From assembly GCA_018819065.1 (NCBI GenBank), contig JAHJQL010000017.1, positions 35,952-99,951 of the forward strand: a DNA stretch of 64,000 nucleotides, written 5' to 3'. The notes under the pieces were generated by a model. That model ran no database searches. It was not told the DNA's origin and was given only the letters and a program-made list of their open reading frames with translations. This document shows positions 1 to 9,767 of this stretch, one piece after another. Position 1 is the stretch's first letter; each line of letters opens with the position of its first letter. The DNA is from Nanobdellota archaeon. GTDB taxonomy: Archaea > Nanobdellota > Nanobdellia > Woesearchaeales > GCA-2686295. A program made the translations under genes and the position numbers.

Positions 1-262
1 AATTCTGCTGTTCTGCTGGTTGTTGTGGTGCTTCTTTAAATTGTGCCATTTGTTCTCGCCTCGTTTCCTGCGGATTAACCCCGTTAGCTGCAGGAACCAT
101 ATCCGCTTGGTTCATAGCTTCAAAGATTTGAGCTGATGAAAAGCCATCCCTTTGAAGTGTTTGTATTATTTGATTATTAGTTATTCCCTGCCCCCTCATC
201 GAGATTACTTGGTTGATAGGAATCTCTGACTTTGAGGATTTATTATTCCCAAATAAAGCCAT
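1..262 (-). CDS. hypothetical protein, partial (N-terminal part; C-terminus lies beyond window start)
   Basis: ATG at 262-260 on the minus strand, and the frame stays open to position 1. Hand translation gives MALFGNNKSSKSEIPINQVISMRGQGITNNQIIQTLQRDGFSSAQIFEAM... The ORF track does not list it because it is under 60 aa within the window. Confidence 0.35.
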   Translation of the reverse strand, partial: MALFGNNKSSKSEIPINQVISMRGQGITNNQIIQTLQRDGFSSAQIFEAMNQADMVPAANGVNPQETRREQMAQFKEAPQQPAEQQN

Positions 263-302
263 TTTTACAAATATTTAATATGATATATTTATATAAATCT
301 TC

Positions 303-710
303 TTATTTATTAGCAATATACTTATTAAACTCATCTCTCGTGACAAAGTTCATAGGCTGCCACAAATCAACATATCTCTCCACAACCTTAAAATCTGACT
401 GCTTAACAGATTTATCAAGCTCTGATGACATCATCAAAAGATTATCATTTATCTCCCCAACAGACCGCTTTATATCCAAAAAATCCTTGTTTAAATCCTT
501 CATCTCAACTCTTATTTCCCTCTCAAAATTTAAGAAATTCTCATCAGACATATCATTTTTCTTACGCAGATTAGTATACCGCTCCTCAAGAACCCTTAGT
601 CTTGAGCCAAGACTCGTGACTCTCTTTGTCAAAGATTCAAAAGGAGAATCTGATTTACTTTGATCTCGATTGGTTGCAGGGATTTGCTTTGAGAAGTCTT
701 GTTCAACCAT
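303..710 (-). CDS. coiled-coil hypothetical protein
   Basis: Internal ATG at 710-708 gives a 136-aa product (MVEQDFSK...KYIANK) rich in heptad-like charged residues. The longer ORF-track start at 878 would run into the FlaI-like gene promoter region. The overlapping plus-strand ORF 232..663 is low-complexity. Confidence 0.5.
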   Translation of the reverse strand: MVEQDFSKQIPATNRDQSKSDSPFESLTKRVTSLGSRLRVLEERYTNLRKKNDMSDENFLNFEREIRVEMKDLNKDFLDIKRSVGEINDNLLMMSSELDKSVKQSDFKVVERYVDLWQPMNFVTRDEFNKYIANK

Positions 711-777
711 GTTTTTATAAAAAAGTTTATATATAATGGTTCTAAATATACAATATAAATTTTTCGTTTGAGGTGGG

Positions 778-3069
778 ATGTTGGCTGAAGAAGACTTATT
801 TTCTTTTGAAATGATGAGGCAGGGCGAAGATAATATCTTAAGAATAAACTGTGAAAAAGCAACCAGGGCACCATCCATTGAAGACGACGAGATTTACATG
901 TCAAAAACAGCTGAGTTTCTTATAGAGAATCCTGGGACGACAAAGATAGTTTTTTCACAAAAGAGAGATTATGAATATGACTATCCGCAGACAGTAATGC
1001 TTAACGAGATAGCCCATATATACAACGAGTTGGTAAAGAACAAACGCTTATTCTCGTATGAATCGTTCAAAGAGTATGATGAGGGTAAAAGCCAAGACTC
1101 AAAGTATAATGAGATAAGAAATACAGTCTTTAACCTTTTAAAAAAAGACCCTGTGGGTTGCTATGTGGCTTTGAAAAGAATTATGAGAAAAGAACAAATA
1201 TTAATGGAGAAAAGCTCAGAGCAAACACAAATAAAGGCGCATAAAAATTATCTCAAACTATTAGATTACCTAATAAACATTCTTGAAAATACCAAGTTAA
1301 TAGCAGTCTTAAAACCATTCACTGCCGGACACAGAGTAGGCTCAAGAGATATCTACAGGAAAGTCTTTAGTCCAACCATAAAGCCTGATTTTATGTTCAC
1401 AAAATTAATGGCCACATACCCAAAAGGTGCTGTTGAGCTTGACGCTTACGTTGTAAACAATATGGAAGTGGTGATTTTTGAGCTTCCAGACACTATACAA
1501 TACTTATACCACATAACCCCGCCAGAATTTAAGCTTGAAGAAGAAAAATACGAGCTTTTAGACCTTGCAAGAAACATAATGTCAGAGCACAAACCTGAAA
1601 AACAAGATTTTGTTGACCCACAAAGAATGAGAGAAGTCTTTTACAACGTTGGACATGACTTAATGGAAGAATTAGCCAACTACAAGAATATAAAACTCAG
1701 TCTAAAAGAAGTTGATGAACTAACACAGATACTCATAAGATACACTGTTGGCTTTGGACTAATAGAGGTGCTTCTTCAAGATGAAAAGATACAAGACATA
1801 ACAATTAACAGCCCAATGGGACAAATCCCTATGTTTCTTGTACACCAAGACTTTGGAGACTGCAAGACAAACATAATCCCAACAGTAAATGATGGAGAAT
1901 CATGGGCTTCAAAGCTAAGACTTATATCAGGAAGACCACTAGACGAAGCAAACCCTATACTTGACACTGAAATTGAACTACCAGGAATAGCAAATTCTAG
2001 AGTTGGAGTAATAGCACCACCACTAAACCCGACAGGAATAGCATACGCTTTTAGAAGACACAGAGACAAGCCATGGACTCTGCCACTATTCATAAAAAAC
2101 GGCATGCTAAACCCGCTGGCAGCAGGGATAATAAGCTTTCTAATAGACGGCAACAGGACACTATTAATTGCAGGCACCAGAAGCGCTGGAAAAAGCTCGC
2201 TTTTAGGTTCAATACTAGTTGATATAATGAGAAAATATAGAATATTAACTATAGAAGACACTTTAGAACTCCCAAGTACAAGCTTAAGAAAATTAGGTTA
2301 TAACATACAACAACTAAAAGTAGCATCAGCACTTTCAAAAGGAAGCTCAGAAGTTCCAGCCGATGAAGGTATAAGAACAACTTTAAGACTTGGAGACTCC
2401 TGCCTCATAGTTGGAGAAGTCAGAAGCACAGAAGCAAAAGCACTCTACGAAGCCATGAGAGTTGGAGCACTATCAAACGTTGTAGCAGGAACAATTCACG
2501 GCGACAGCCCTTATGGAGTGTTTGACAGAGTCGTAAACGACTTAGAGGTTCCAAGAACTAGCTTTAAAGCAACAGATGTCATAATAGTTGCAAACCCTAT
2601 AAAAAGCGCTGACGGACTGCATAAATGGAGGCGCATAACCCAGATTACTGAAGTCAGAAAAACGTGGGAGGACGACCCATTAAGAGAAGGAGGGTTTGTT
2701 GATTTGATGAAGTACAACTCAAAAACAGACCAGTTAGAGCCAAGTGATGAGTTGATAAACGGTGAGTCAGAGATACTAAAAGCAATAGCTGGAAATGTCA
2801 AGGAATGGGCTGGCGACTGGGACGCTGTATGGGACAACATTCTTTTGAGAGCAAAAATAAAAGAGCTAATTGTAGAAACAGCCAAGAAAGAAAACAACGA
2901 TGAAATCTTAGAAGCACCTTTTGTAATACAAAGCAACGACCAATTTCACAGGATATCAGAACGAATAAGGGAGAAGAAAGGAAAACTAGACTCAAAAATG
3001 ATTCTATTTGAATGGACTGAGTGGCTAAAAAAAGAGGTTAGAAAATTCAACGATAAAAATGACGAGTGA
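778..3069 (+). CDS. type IV pilus/archaellum-type secretion ATPase (FlaI/TadA/VirB11-GspE family) with long N-terminal extension
   Basis: Walker A GTRSAGKSSLLGS, a TIEDTLEL motif, and an Asp/His-box-like CLIVGEVRSTEA typical of the GspE/FlaI family. At 763 aa it is oversized relative to canonical FlaI. It is immediately followed by a FlaJ-like membrane gene. Confidence 0.8.
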   Translation: MLAEEDLFSFEMMRQGEDNILRINCEKATRAPSIEDDEIYMSKTAEFLIENPGTTKIVFSQKRDYEYDYPQTVMLNEIAHIYNELVKNKRLFSYESFKEYDEGKSQDSKYNEIRNTVFNLLKKDPVGCYVALKRIMRKEQILMEKSSEQTQIKAHKNYLKLLDYLINILENTKLIAVLKPFTAGHRVGSRDIYRKVFSPTIKPDFMFTKLMATYPKGAVELDAYVVNNMEVVIFELPDTIQYLYHITPPEFKLEEEKYELLDLARNIMSEHKPEKQDFVDPQRMREVFYNVGHDLMEELANYKNIKLSLKEVDELTQILIRYTVGFGLIEVLLQDEKIQDITINSPMGQIPMFLVHQDFGDCKTNIIPTVNDGESWASKLRLISGRPLDEANPILDTEIELPGIANSRVGVIAPPLNPTGIAYAFRRHRDKPWTLPLFIKNGMLNPLAAGIISFLIDGNRTLLIAGTRSAGKSSLLGSILVDIMRKYRILTIEDTLELPSTSLRKLGYNIQQLKVASALSKGSSEVPADEGIRTTLRLGDSCLIVGEVRSTEAKALYEAMRVGALSNVVAGTIHGDSPYGVFDRVVNDLEVPRTSFKATDVIIVANPIKSADGLHKWRRITQITEVRKTWEDDPLREGGFVDLMKYNSKTDQLEPSDELINGESEILKAIAGNVKEWAGDWDAVWDNILLRAKIKELIVETAKKENNDEILEAPFVIQSNDQFHRISERIREKKGKLDSKMILFEWTEWLKKEVRKFNDKNDE

Positions 3070-5299
3070 TGACATAGAGCAGTTCAAAGAGAAATACAAG
3101 AGCAAACTAAAATCGCAACTAAGGGGAGAAGACCCAGTACCAATAAGCAGCAACGACTATGAAGACTTTAAAAAAGATTATCTTCCAAAACACATGAACT
3201 TTTATGAAAAAGGATGTAACTTAGCTGAGAAAATATTTCACATAAAACCTGACAAAAAAAAAATTCCAGAGTATAAAGAAGCAATAGATATCTGCCACTT
3301 AAACATAACCCCAACAGGTGCAGCGAGTTTTCCAATACTAATGTTTTTAATATTTCTCCTCATAGGACTTTTCTTTGGATTCCTAATACCATTCTTAGTA
3401 GGCGGAAAGCCTAGCATGTTTGTAATAATAATGGCCGTACTTGTCGGATTTGGACTAATAGTTCCGCTTGGAAATCTGCCTTTCTTCTTTGCTAACAACT
3501 GGCGTATGAAAGCAAGCAACCAGATGGTTCTGTGCATATTCTACATAGTTACATACATGAGGCACAGCTCAAACTTTGAATTAGCGGTTGACTTTGCAGC
3601 TGAACACTTAGCCCCACCATTATCAATAGACCTAAAAAAAATTGTCTGGAACATAGAGACTGGCAAATATTCAACAATAAAAGAATCCATGGATGAATAC
3701 CTAGAGACTTGGAAGAAGTGGAACATGGAATTTATCGAGAGCATGCACTTGATAGAATCATCACTTTATGAAAGCTCTGAGAGTCGAAGGCTTGATGCAC
3801 TTGACAAGTCACTAACAGTCATGCTTGATGAGACTTACGAAAGGATGCTTCACTACGCACAAAACCTAAAGTCGCCAATAACAACTCTTCACATGATGGG
3901 AATAATCCTCCCAATACTAGGACTAGTAATACTGCCGTTAGTCGTCAGCTTCATGCCAGAAGTGAAATGGTTTCACTTATTCACGCTTTACAACATCTTA
4001 CTTCCGGGAGCTGTGTTTTACATGGCAAAGCAAGTGCTTTCAACAAGGCCAACAGGTTATGGAGAAACTGACATATCAGAGATTAACAAAGACTTAAAAA
4101 AATACAGGGACGTCATAATAAACATTGGTGGAGGTCTTGAATTAAGAATAAAACCAATCATTATATCAATAATAATTATAGTTGGTTTTCTAATAATAGG
4201 ATTCTCACCACTCATAATGCATGCGATGCTGCCAGAATTTGACTGCAGCATAGGCGACACTTCAAATGGAGTCACCACTTTTAAATGTGAAAACAAGCTC
4301 AACCACGCAGACAGTACCTATCAACCAAAATATTATCTTCTTGGATACAGACCTGAAATGATAGAAGGAGGAGCAACAGGCAAAATCATAGGTCCTTACG
4401 GTCTTGGAGCAATAATTCTTAGCATGTTTATACCAATAGGTCTTGGGGTTGGAATAGGTTTTTATAATAAGTTAAGATCTCAAAACGTCATAAAAATAAG
4501 GGATGAGACAAAGAAATTAGAGCAAGAATTTGCATCTGCACTATTCCAGTTAGGAAACAGGCTAGGAGATGGTTTTCCTGCAGAGATTGCATTTAGCAAA
4601 GTGGCTGATGTAATGGAAGGAACAGTATCTGGAGATTTTTTTGAGAAGGTAAGCCAAAACATAATTAGGAGAGGATACGGCGTTGAACAAGCAATATTTG
4701 ACCCTGATAATGGAGCATTAAAAGATTTTCCATCACCACTTATAGAAAGTTCGATGAAGGTATTAATTGAAAGCAGCAAGAAAGGTCCGCTAGTCGCAAG
4801 CAACGCACTAATTAACATATCAACATATGTCAAAGAGATGCATAGAGTAGATGAGAGACTAAAGGATTTAATGTCAGATATTATAAGCAGCATGAAATCA
4901 CAAATAGCATTTTTAACACCAGCAATATCAGGCATAGTCATAGGAATAACAAGCATGATAACAACAATCCTCGGAAGCCTTGGAGAAAAACTCTCAGAAC
5001 TAGCAGCTCAAGCAGAAGGAGCATCTACTGGTGGAATACTAAGCATGTTTGGAACAGGAGTGCCAACATTCTACTTTCAATTCATAGTAAGTTTATACGT
5101 AATACAAATAGCATTCATCCTAACAATCATGATTAACGGCATAGAAAACGGTGCTGACAAACTAAACGAACGATTCCTGCTTGGAAAAAACATGACTAGA
5201 ACAGCAATTATATATACGTCAGTAGCATTCGTTGTAGTCATGCTCTTTAATATAATAGCAGCAACCATACTAGGATCAGTAACGAGTAATTTGACTTAA
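3059..5299 (+). CDS. FlaJ/TadC-like polytopic membrane protein of type IV pilus/archaellum assembly
   Basis: 746-aa protein with multiple hydrophobic helices clustered in two blocks separated by cytoplasmic regions. It overlaps the upstream secretion ATPase by 11 nt, the classic FlaI-FlaJ / TadA-TadC arrangement. Confidence 0.7.
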   Translation: MTSDDIEQFKEKYKSKLKSQLRGEDPVPISSNDYEDFKKDYLPKHMNFYEKGCNLAEKIFHIKPDKKKIPEYKEAIDICHLNITPTGAASFPILMFLIFLLIGLFFGFLIPFLVGGKPSMFVIIMAVLVGFGLIVPLGNLPFFFANNWRMKASNQMVLCIFYIVTYMRHSSNFELAVDFAAEHLAPPLSIDLKKIVWNIETGKYSTIKESMDEYLETWKKWNMEFIESMHLIESSLYESSESRRLDALDKSLTVMLDETYERMLHYAQNLKSPITTLHMMGIILPILGLVILPLVVSFMPEVKWFHLFTLYNILLPGAVFYMAKQVLSTRPTGYGETDISEINKDLKKYRDVIINIGGGLELRIKPIIISIIIIVGFLIIGFSPLIMHAMLPEFDCSIGDTSNGVTTFKCENKLNHADSTYQPKYYLLGYRPEMIEGGATGKIIGPYGLGAIILSMFIPIGLGVGIGFYNKLRSQNVIKIRDETKKLEQEFASALFQLGNRLGDGFPAEIAFSKVADVMEGTVSGDFFEKVSQNIIRRGYGVEQAIFDPDNGALKDFPSPLIESSMKVLIESSKKGPLVASNALINISTYVKEMHRVDERLKDLMSDIISSMKSQIAFLTPAISGIVIGITSMITTILGSLGEKLSELAAQAEGASTGGILSMFGTGVPTFYFQFIVSLYVIQIAFILTIMINGIENGADKLNERFLLGKNMTRTAIIYTSVAFVVVMLFNIIAATILGSVTSNLT

Positions 5300-5333
5300 A
5301 AGAGGTAGTTTGAACAATATTTAAAAAAACGAT

Positions 5334-6011
5334 TTGTTTTCTATTGGTAAAATGCGCTGTAATGTTAATTGTTCAAAGCCTTTGCTCTATATGGCCGCAG
5401 TCTATTCCAACGCTGCAGGCACTCTTCTTAGGACTGATGAAAAAGAGCTAGATACAGATAATTTAGAATCAACACTTGAAAGCTATGGTCTTCCAAGAAA
5501 AAATATTGATGAGGCTGTCAAGGGTGGTGAAAGCATCAACTACGTAAACAACATAATTGACAGGCTTAAGGAGAATGGAGACTTAAACAAGTTAAACAAT
5601 TATTTCTCAAAGATAGGTTATAGAAGAATTGGTGATCCTGATGTTTACGACGCAACCAGCACAAAGCAAGGAGTTGTCGCTTACACTGATGGAAATAATC
5701 TGCTCGGGGTGAATTATCAGCTTGAAAAAAGATTAGAGGAATTAGTTGCTGATAGTTACATGTCTGAAGAGATAGCTGAGCATTACCTAATTGCTCATGA
5801 GTATGTGCACCGTGCGCAGCCTGATAGTGTTAAGAGTAACGTCTTAGTTGCTGAGACTGATGCTGAGATGAGGGTTGCTGAGTACTTCTTGGAAAGAGCA
5901 CAAGAGGAAAAAGACCCTGTGAAAGCTAACGAATATCAAAGAGGGGCTGAATTTGCGATGAACCGTTTTTACTCAATTCTTGAACAAGCAATAAGAAGAG
6001 AGGACGAATAA
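5334..6011 (+). CDS. hypothetical protein with HEYVH (HExxH zincin-like) motif
   Basis: 225-aa ORF carrying ...IAHEYVHRAQPD... The start codon is uncertain, with several in-frame Met near the N-terminus. No recognisable family. Confidence 0.45.
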   Translation: MFSIGKMRCNVNCSKPLLYMAAVYSNAAGTLLRTDEKELDTDNLESTLESYGLPRKNIDEAVKGGESINYVNNIIDRLKENGDLNKLNNYFSKIGYRRIGDPDVYDATSTKQGVVAYTDGNNLLGVNYQLEKRLEELVADSYMSEEIAEHYLIAHEYVHRAQPDSVKSNVLVAETDAEMRVAEYFLERAQEEKDPVKANEYQRGAEFAMNRFYSILEQAIRREDE

Positions 6012-6062
6012 AACAAATATTATACGTAATAAAATAAGTGCTTTTTGGTTGTGGGTAGGATT

Positions 6063-6323
6063 CTAGTATACCTTGTCGTGGTGGTTGTAGTCTAGAAGTG
6101 TCACAGTTTTTCTTTCTTCATCAATTTCATACGTTAGAACGAATGATTTGTCTATGTGCACTCTTCTTGCACCGTGCATGTCTCCGCGTAATGGTTTAAA
6201 ATGTAGAGGGTTCCCAAGGATTTGCTCGATTTTTTTCAGAATAATCTCCATCTGCTTTGGGCTCTTCTTTGATAGTTTGGAGAATATCTTATCCAGCTCT
6301 GGCTTTGTTTCAAGAGAGTACAT
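6063..6323 (-). CDS. RelE/ParE-family toxin (type II TA)
   Basis: 86 aa ending ...RGDMHGARRVHIDKSFVLTYEIDEERKTVTLLDYNHHDKVY, the typical RelE/StbE fold signature. Its start abuts the stop of the upstream small gene at 6323/6324. Confidence 0.75.
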   Translation of the reverse strand: MYSLETKPELDKIFSKLSKKSPKQMEIILKKIEQILGNPLHFKPLRGDMHGARRVHIDKSFVLTYEIDEERKTVTLLDYNHHDKVY

Positions 6324-6566
6324 TTATTGTAACCCGTATCTTTTCTTGAACGCATCCAATCCGCCTATGTGAATGGATTTTTCTTTTCTGATTTTATTTA
6401 GTTTGTCAAGATATTCTTTTCTAGCCTCTGGCTCTTCCTCGACAACGGATTTCATGAAGAAGTCTATTTGTTTACTCATACTTAGCCCGCTCCCCTTACA
6501 GTATTCAGAGAATTTCTTGTAAGTCTCCTCTTCCACGTTGAATGATTTTATGCTCACAGGTATCAC
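6324..6566 (-). CDS. putative antitoxin (RHH/RelB-like) of RelE cassette 1
   Basis: 80-aa protein directly upstream of and contiguous with the toxin. It is paralogous to the 81-aa gene at 10046..10291; both share a ...Y(L/I)(D/E)KLNKI(R/E)K(E/Q)K... C-terminus. Confidence 0.65.
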   Translation of the reverse strand: MIPVSIKSFNVEEETYKKFSEYCKGSGLSMSKQIDFFMKSVVEEEPEARKEYLDKLNKIRKEKSIHIGGLDAFKKRYGLQ

Positions 6567-6610
6567 CTTGTTTAATGTTATATAAGATTATTCAATATTA
6601 TTTAAATTTT

Positions 6611-6709
6611 GCGTTTTTGAGTCCTGCCCCAAGCCCAAAACTCTTCGCCAATTCATAGCTCGTCCCTCACATACGTTCAGGAGAATATAACACCGATTAT
6701 ATTCAATCG
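6611..6709 (+). repeat. conserved TA-cassette upstream element (copy 1), containing the TATA-like motif ataacaccgattatattcaat
   Basis: Shares gcgttttt..gaactcttcgc and gaRaatataacaNNgatta blocks with 10398..10540, which sits upstream of the second antitoxin. Confidence 0.5.
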
Positions 6710-6810
6710 TCGTGTAAATTTCTTAGTAAGGGGCTGGCTCTTAATATTACTTCAAGTCAATTAGAACTTTTCGCTACATTTAAATAATTCATATAATAAA
6801 TAGAATAATT

Positions 6811-7584
6811 ATGAAACAAAAAATACTGATGATATTTTTAATGTCTATAATGTGTGTTTCAATAGTGTCAGCAACAACATTATATGATTTTAAGAAAGAT
6901 GCTGACGCCTATATTATTTCACAAGTGGGGCAGAAATACTTTAATGATAATTTTGAGTATTTAGGTGATAAACCCTATCCAGAAGATACGCCAGACAGCA
7001 ATATGCGAATTACACAATATAATCATAAAATTGTAATTGGTGATTATGCAGAAGATGTAAAAGTGACTGTATGGTTTAATTTTAAGGATGGAATTTGGGA
7101 GATTGGTAACGGATATAATACCCAATCTGAAGAATTACCTGATTGTATTTCTGATACTACTAAATGTATGCCTTTTGAAATAACAAGGGAAAAAGCCATT
7201 GAAATTGCAAAAGAAAATGGTGCTTTTGAAGTTGCAGAAAGATATACTGTTGATATTCATTATTTTTATGGAGATATTCAATCTTATGTTTGGGATATTA
7301 CAACTTTTGAATCTGCTGTAAATGGAAAAACTGCAATTATTGATTTAAACACTGGAAAATTAATTTCAATTGCATGGTGGACTTCACTTGAAGTTGAAGC
7401 AGAATATAAAGATGCTACACCATTAAATAATCAACAAACTCCGATAACTACTCCTTCAAACACAGATCAAAAGACACAAGATAATTCATCAAATACTTAT
7501 CTATATTTGATTGTTGGTGCAGTTGTTTTGATTGTAATATTTTTTGTAATTCTATTTATTAAAAGAAACAAGAATAAAGTTTAA
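6811..7584 (+). CDS. secreted, C-terminally membrane-anchored protein with PepSY-like domains
   Basis: N-terminal signal peptide (MKQKILMIFLMSIMCVSIVSA) and a C-terminal TM helix followed by KRNKNKV. Internal ...EITREKAIEIAKENGAFEV...IIDLNTGKLISI resembles PepSY repeats. Confidence 0.55.
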   Translation: MKQKILMIFLMSIMCVSIVSATTLYDFKKDADAYIISQVGQKYFNDNFEYLGDKPYPEDTPDSNMRITQYNHKIVIGDYAEDVKVTVWFNFKDGIWEIGNGYNTQSEELPDCISDTTKCMPFEITREKAIEIAKENGAFEVAERYTVDIHYFYGDIQSYVWDITTFESAVNGKTAIIDLNTGKLISIAWWTSLEVEAEYKDATPLNNQQTPITTPSNTDQKTQDNSSNTYLYLIVGAVVLIVIFFVILFIKRNKNKV

Positions 7585-7660
7585 CGAGCCAGCCCAAATA
7601 AAATATAGACACGACGACTTTGATTTTTTGCCTTCGGCATCGTTGCACTAAAATTTCGTC

Positions 7661-7924
7661 CTAAACGTTATCTTCGAAATGTTGGTTGTTAAAACAGTCA
7701 TCACACATACTATTATGCCAATCTTTGTTATGAGCTGAGATTTGTTTATTGCATTTTTTGCAGTTATAATTCATATCTTCATCATGTTTTTTATGGAATG
7801 TTTTCATTTTCTCTTGAATATCTTTGGGTCCTAAAGTTTCGATGAAAGCTCCGTCTTCCCAAAGTTCATCTTCATCATCTTTCAAGTTCTCTTCTTCATC
7901 CATTTTAGTACCTATTTTTATCAA
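7661..7924 (-). CDS. small Cys-rich zinc-ribbon protein
   Basis: 87 aa with CKKCNKQ...H...CDDC (C4/CHCC-type). It overlaps the 3' end of the WYL gene by 20 nt on the same strand, so they are likely co-transcribed. Confidence 0.45.
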   Translation of the reverse strand: MIKIGTKMDEEENLKDDEDELWEDGAFIETLGPKDIQEKMKTFHKKHDEDMNYNCKKCNKQISAHNKDWHNSMCDDCFNNQHFEDNV

Positions 7925-8411
7925 AGTTGTCTGGAATTGTATAATCTTTATTGGTCAATTTTACAGTAACAATCCTACTTGTTCTGAATTTTCTGATAGC
8001 TTTTCTCAAATGGCAGTAGCCAATGACATATTTTCTTGTTTTATGGTAAACATCAATTTCTCTTTTTCTTGTTTCAGCAGATGCCATATCAAAATAGCCA
8101 ATTTCAATTGTTTTTTGATTATTAAAAGCGTTTTCAATCTTTCTGTAAGCTAACTCATTAATTTCATTATTGAATGTGTCATATCTTCTCCTCAAGATAG
8201 TTTTCTTTGTTTTCTCGTTTTCCTTTTTTGGGAGTGATTTTTCTATCTTTTTTATGATTACCTTTAAACCTGTTCTATCGGCAATTTTTTCATCATAATG
8301 GTCTAATTCCCAATCTTCTGAAGGATTTACAATTAATCCTTCATCAAACACTTTTAAAATCTGATGTATTTGTACTGCTTCTTTTGTTGATAAGTTTATG
8401 GAAATATTCAT
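7905..8411 (-). CDS. WYL-domain protein (putative ligand-sensing transcriptional regulator)
   Basis: The C-terminal segment IEIGYFDMASAETRKREIDVYH..RKYVIGYCHLRKAIRKFRTSRIVTVKLT matches the WYL-domain pattern (Y..R.i.P...wYl.gyc..r...R.FRl.RI). Confidence 0.6.
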   Translation of the reverse strand: MNISINLSTKEAVQIHQILKVFDEGLIVNPSEDWELDHYDEKIADRTGLKVIIKKIEKSLPKKENEKTKKTILRRRYDTFNNEINELAYRKIENAFNNQKTIEIGYFDMASAETRKREIDVYHKTRKYVIGYCHLRKAIRKFRTSRIVTVKLTNKDYTIPDNFDKNRY

Positions 8412-8422
8412 TTTGTGGATGA

Positions 8423-9325
8423 TTATTTACTCTTGTCTTGTAATTTCTTCTTTGTTTCAGGTTCAGCCAAATAGCTCTCTCTTGATGTAACAGGACGACC
8501 TAATTCTTTCTCTGTTTCTTTTCGTGCATTGCCTGCTACTCTTCCGCCCCTTTTGGCAGCACCTTCAACTTCTTCATAACCTTGTGCATCTTCTTTTCTC
8601 GTGATTTCAGTGGATACTCTTTCTCCTAACATTGAAAATATTAACTCTAAGTCATTCATATGATCTCTCAGATTTTCTCTTTTTAATCCTTTGAATTTCT
8701 TATATTCGCTTGGAGTCATGCCAAAAGTGGCTTTTGATATTTCTGCTGTGAGTATTGCATAATTTCTTTCTTCCAAAACGCCTCTTTTTTTCCATTACAT
8801 AAAAATCATAGATTTTTAGGTTGCCAGAAAACAATGTTTTCTGAGCACATCTGTTAATTCATCTCTTATAGCAATACCTCTAACTCTTTTTTCTATCCAG
8901 TCATCAGAATATCCCTTTGCTTTGTATAGTTCTCTCATTCGTTTTTGGGCAAGTTCAGGATTCTCTATTTCCTGCACTCTCTGATAACCTACTTCTGCGA
9001 GCCATTGTTTGAAAGGCTTTGCTTTTTTAGATGGAATAGATTGTATTATCCTAAAAGCGTTTTTTGTATTGACACAATCAGTAAGATAGGATTTACCATC
9101 AGCAGATACTAATTTCAGTTGTCCGATTTTTGCGGACAACTCAAACCCTTCTTCAGTAAGCCTTTTTTTCAGGTCAGACCAGTATTTCCTTGCTCTTCCA
9201 GTTTCTGTCAATACTTCTACAATGTCAACTACTGAAAACCACCATTCATCATTAAACCAAGTCCTTCTAATCTCCTTGCCTTGAAATACCACTAATGCTT
9301 TATCAAATTTAGACATTTTTCCCAT
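8423..9325 (-). pseudogene. DinD/Bro-N-domain DNA-damage-inducible protein D homologue, disrupted by frameshift/in-frame stop
   Basis: The N-terminal ORF (8816..9325) has a Bro-N signature (FDKALVVFQGKEIRRTWFNDEWWFSVVDIVEVLT...KYW). Its frame ends ...ELTDVLRKHCFLAT*. The downstream ORF (8423..8776) begins at a TTG, and in its frame the upstream residues read WKKRGVLEERNYAILTAEISKATFGMTPSEYKKFKGL, the DinD C-terminal region. The break lies next to a T9 run (8783-8793). Confidence 0.6.
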
Positions 9326-9728
9326 TACTAATATCTGCTTAAATAATATATCCTACAATAATCCTAAAATAAATTGTAATATAAAGAATTTTCGGTTAAA
9401 AACGCATAATTATTCGATAAATAATTTCTTGTTACAAACCAGATGTTTGTGATAGTATATTACTAGTTGGGATACAAAAAAAGGTACCCAAAATTAAACT
9501 AATTTTAGTACCAAAAAATATACTTTTTTGTGTACCTTAAAAGGTACCACATTTTAAGACAGGCGAGAAATCACGTATAACTAGGACAAGATATATAAAT
9601 CTAAGCATCCATTTTTATACTATGGGAGCTGAAACGTCCGTTTCGCAAACTACTCCTTAAAAAACAATAATTAGAATCGCAGAAAAACCATTTTATCGAC
9701 GAGAAGAGATATTCGAAAAAGACGTCTT

Positions 9729-9750
9729 ACACCGTTTATATTCAATTCAG
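9729..9750 (+). repeat. copy of the intergenic motif acaccgtttatattcaattcag, flanked by a palindromic aagacgtctt
   Basis: Matches taacacYGaTTATATtCAAt copies at 6687, 11709 and 10515. Confidence 0.4.
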
Positions 9751-9767
9751 AAAAAACGTCTTTATTT

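Noticed and set aside
232-663. 143-aa plus-strand ORF at the start of the window
   Set aside because: Low-complexity Ser/Leu/Lys-rich translation that fully overlaps the better coiled-coil gene on the opposite strand. It is probably an antisense shadow ORF.
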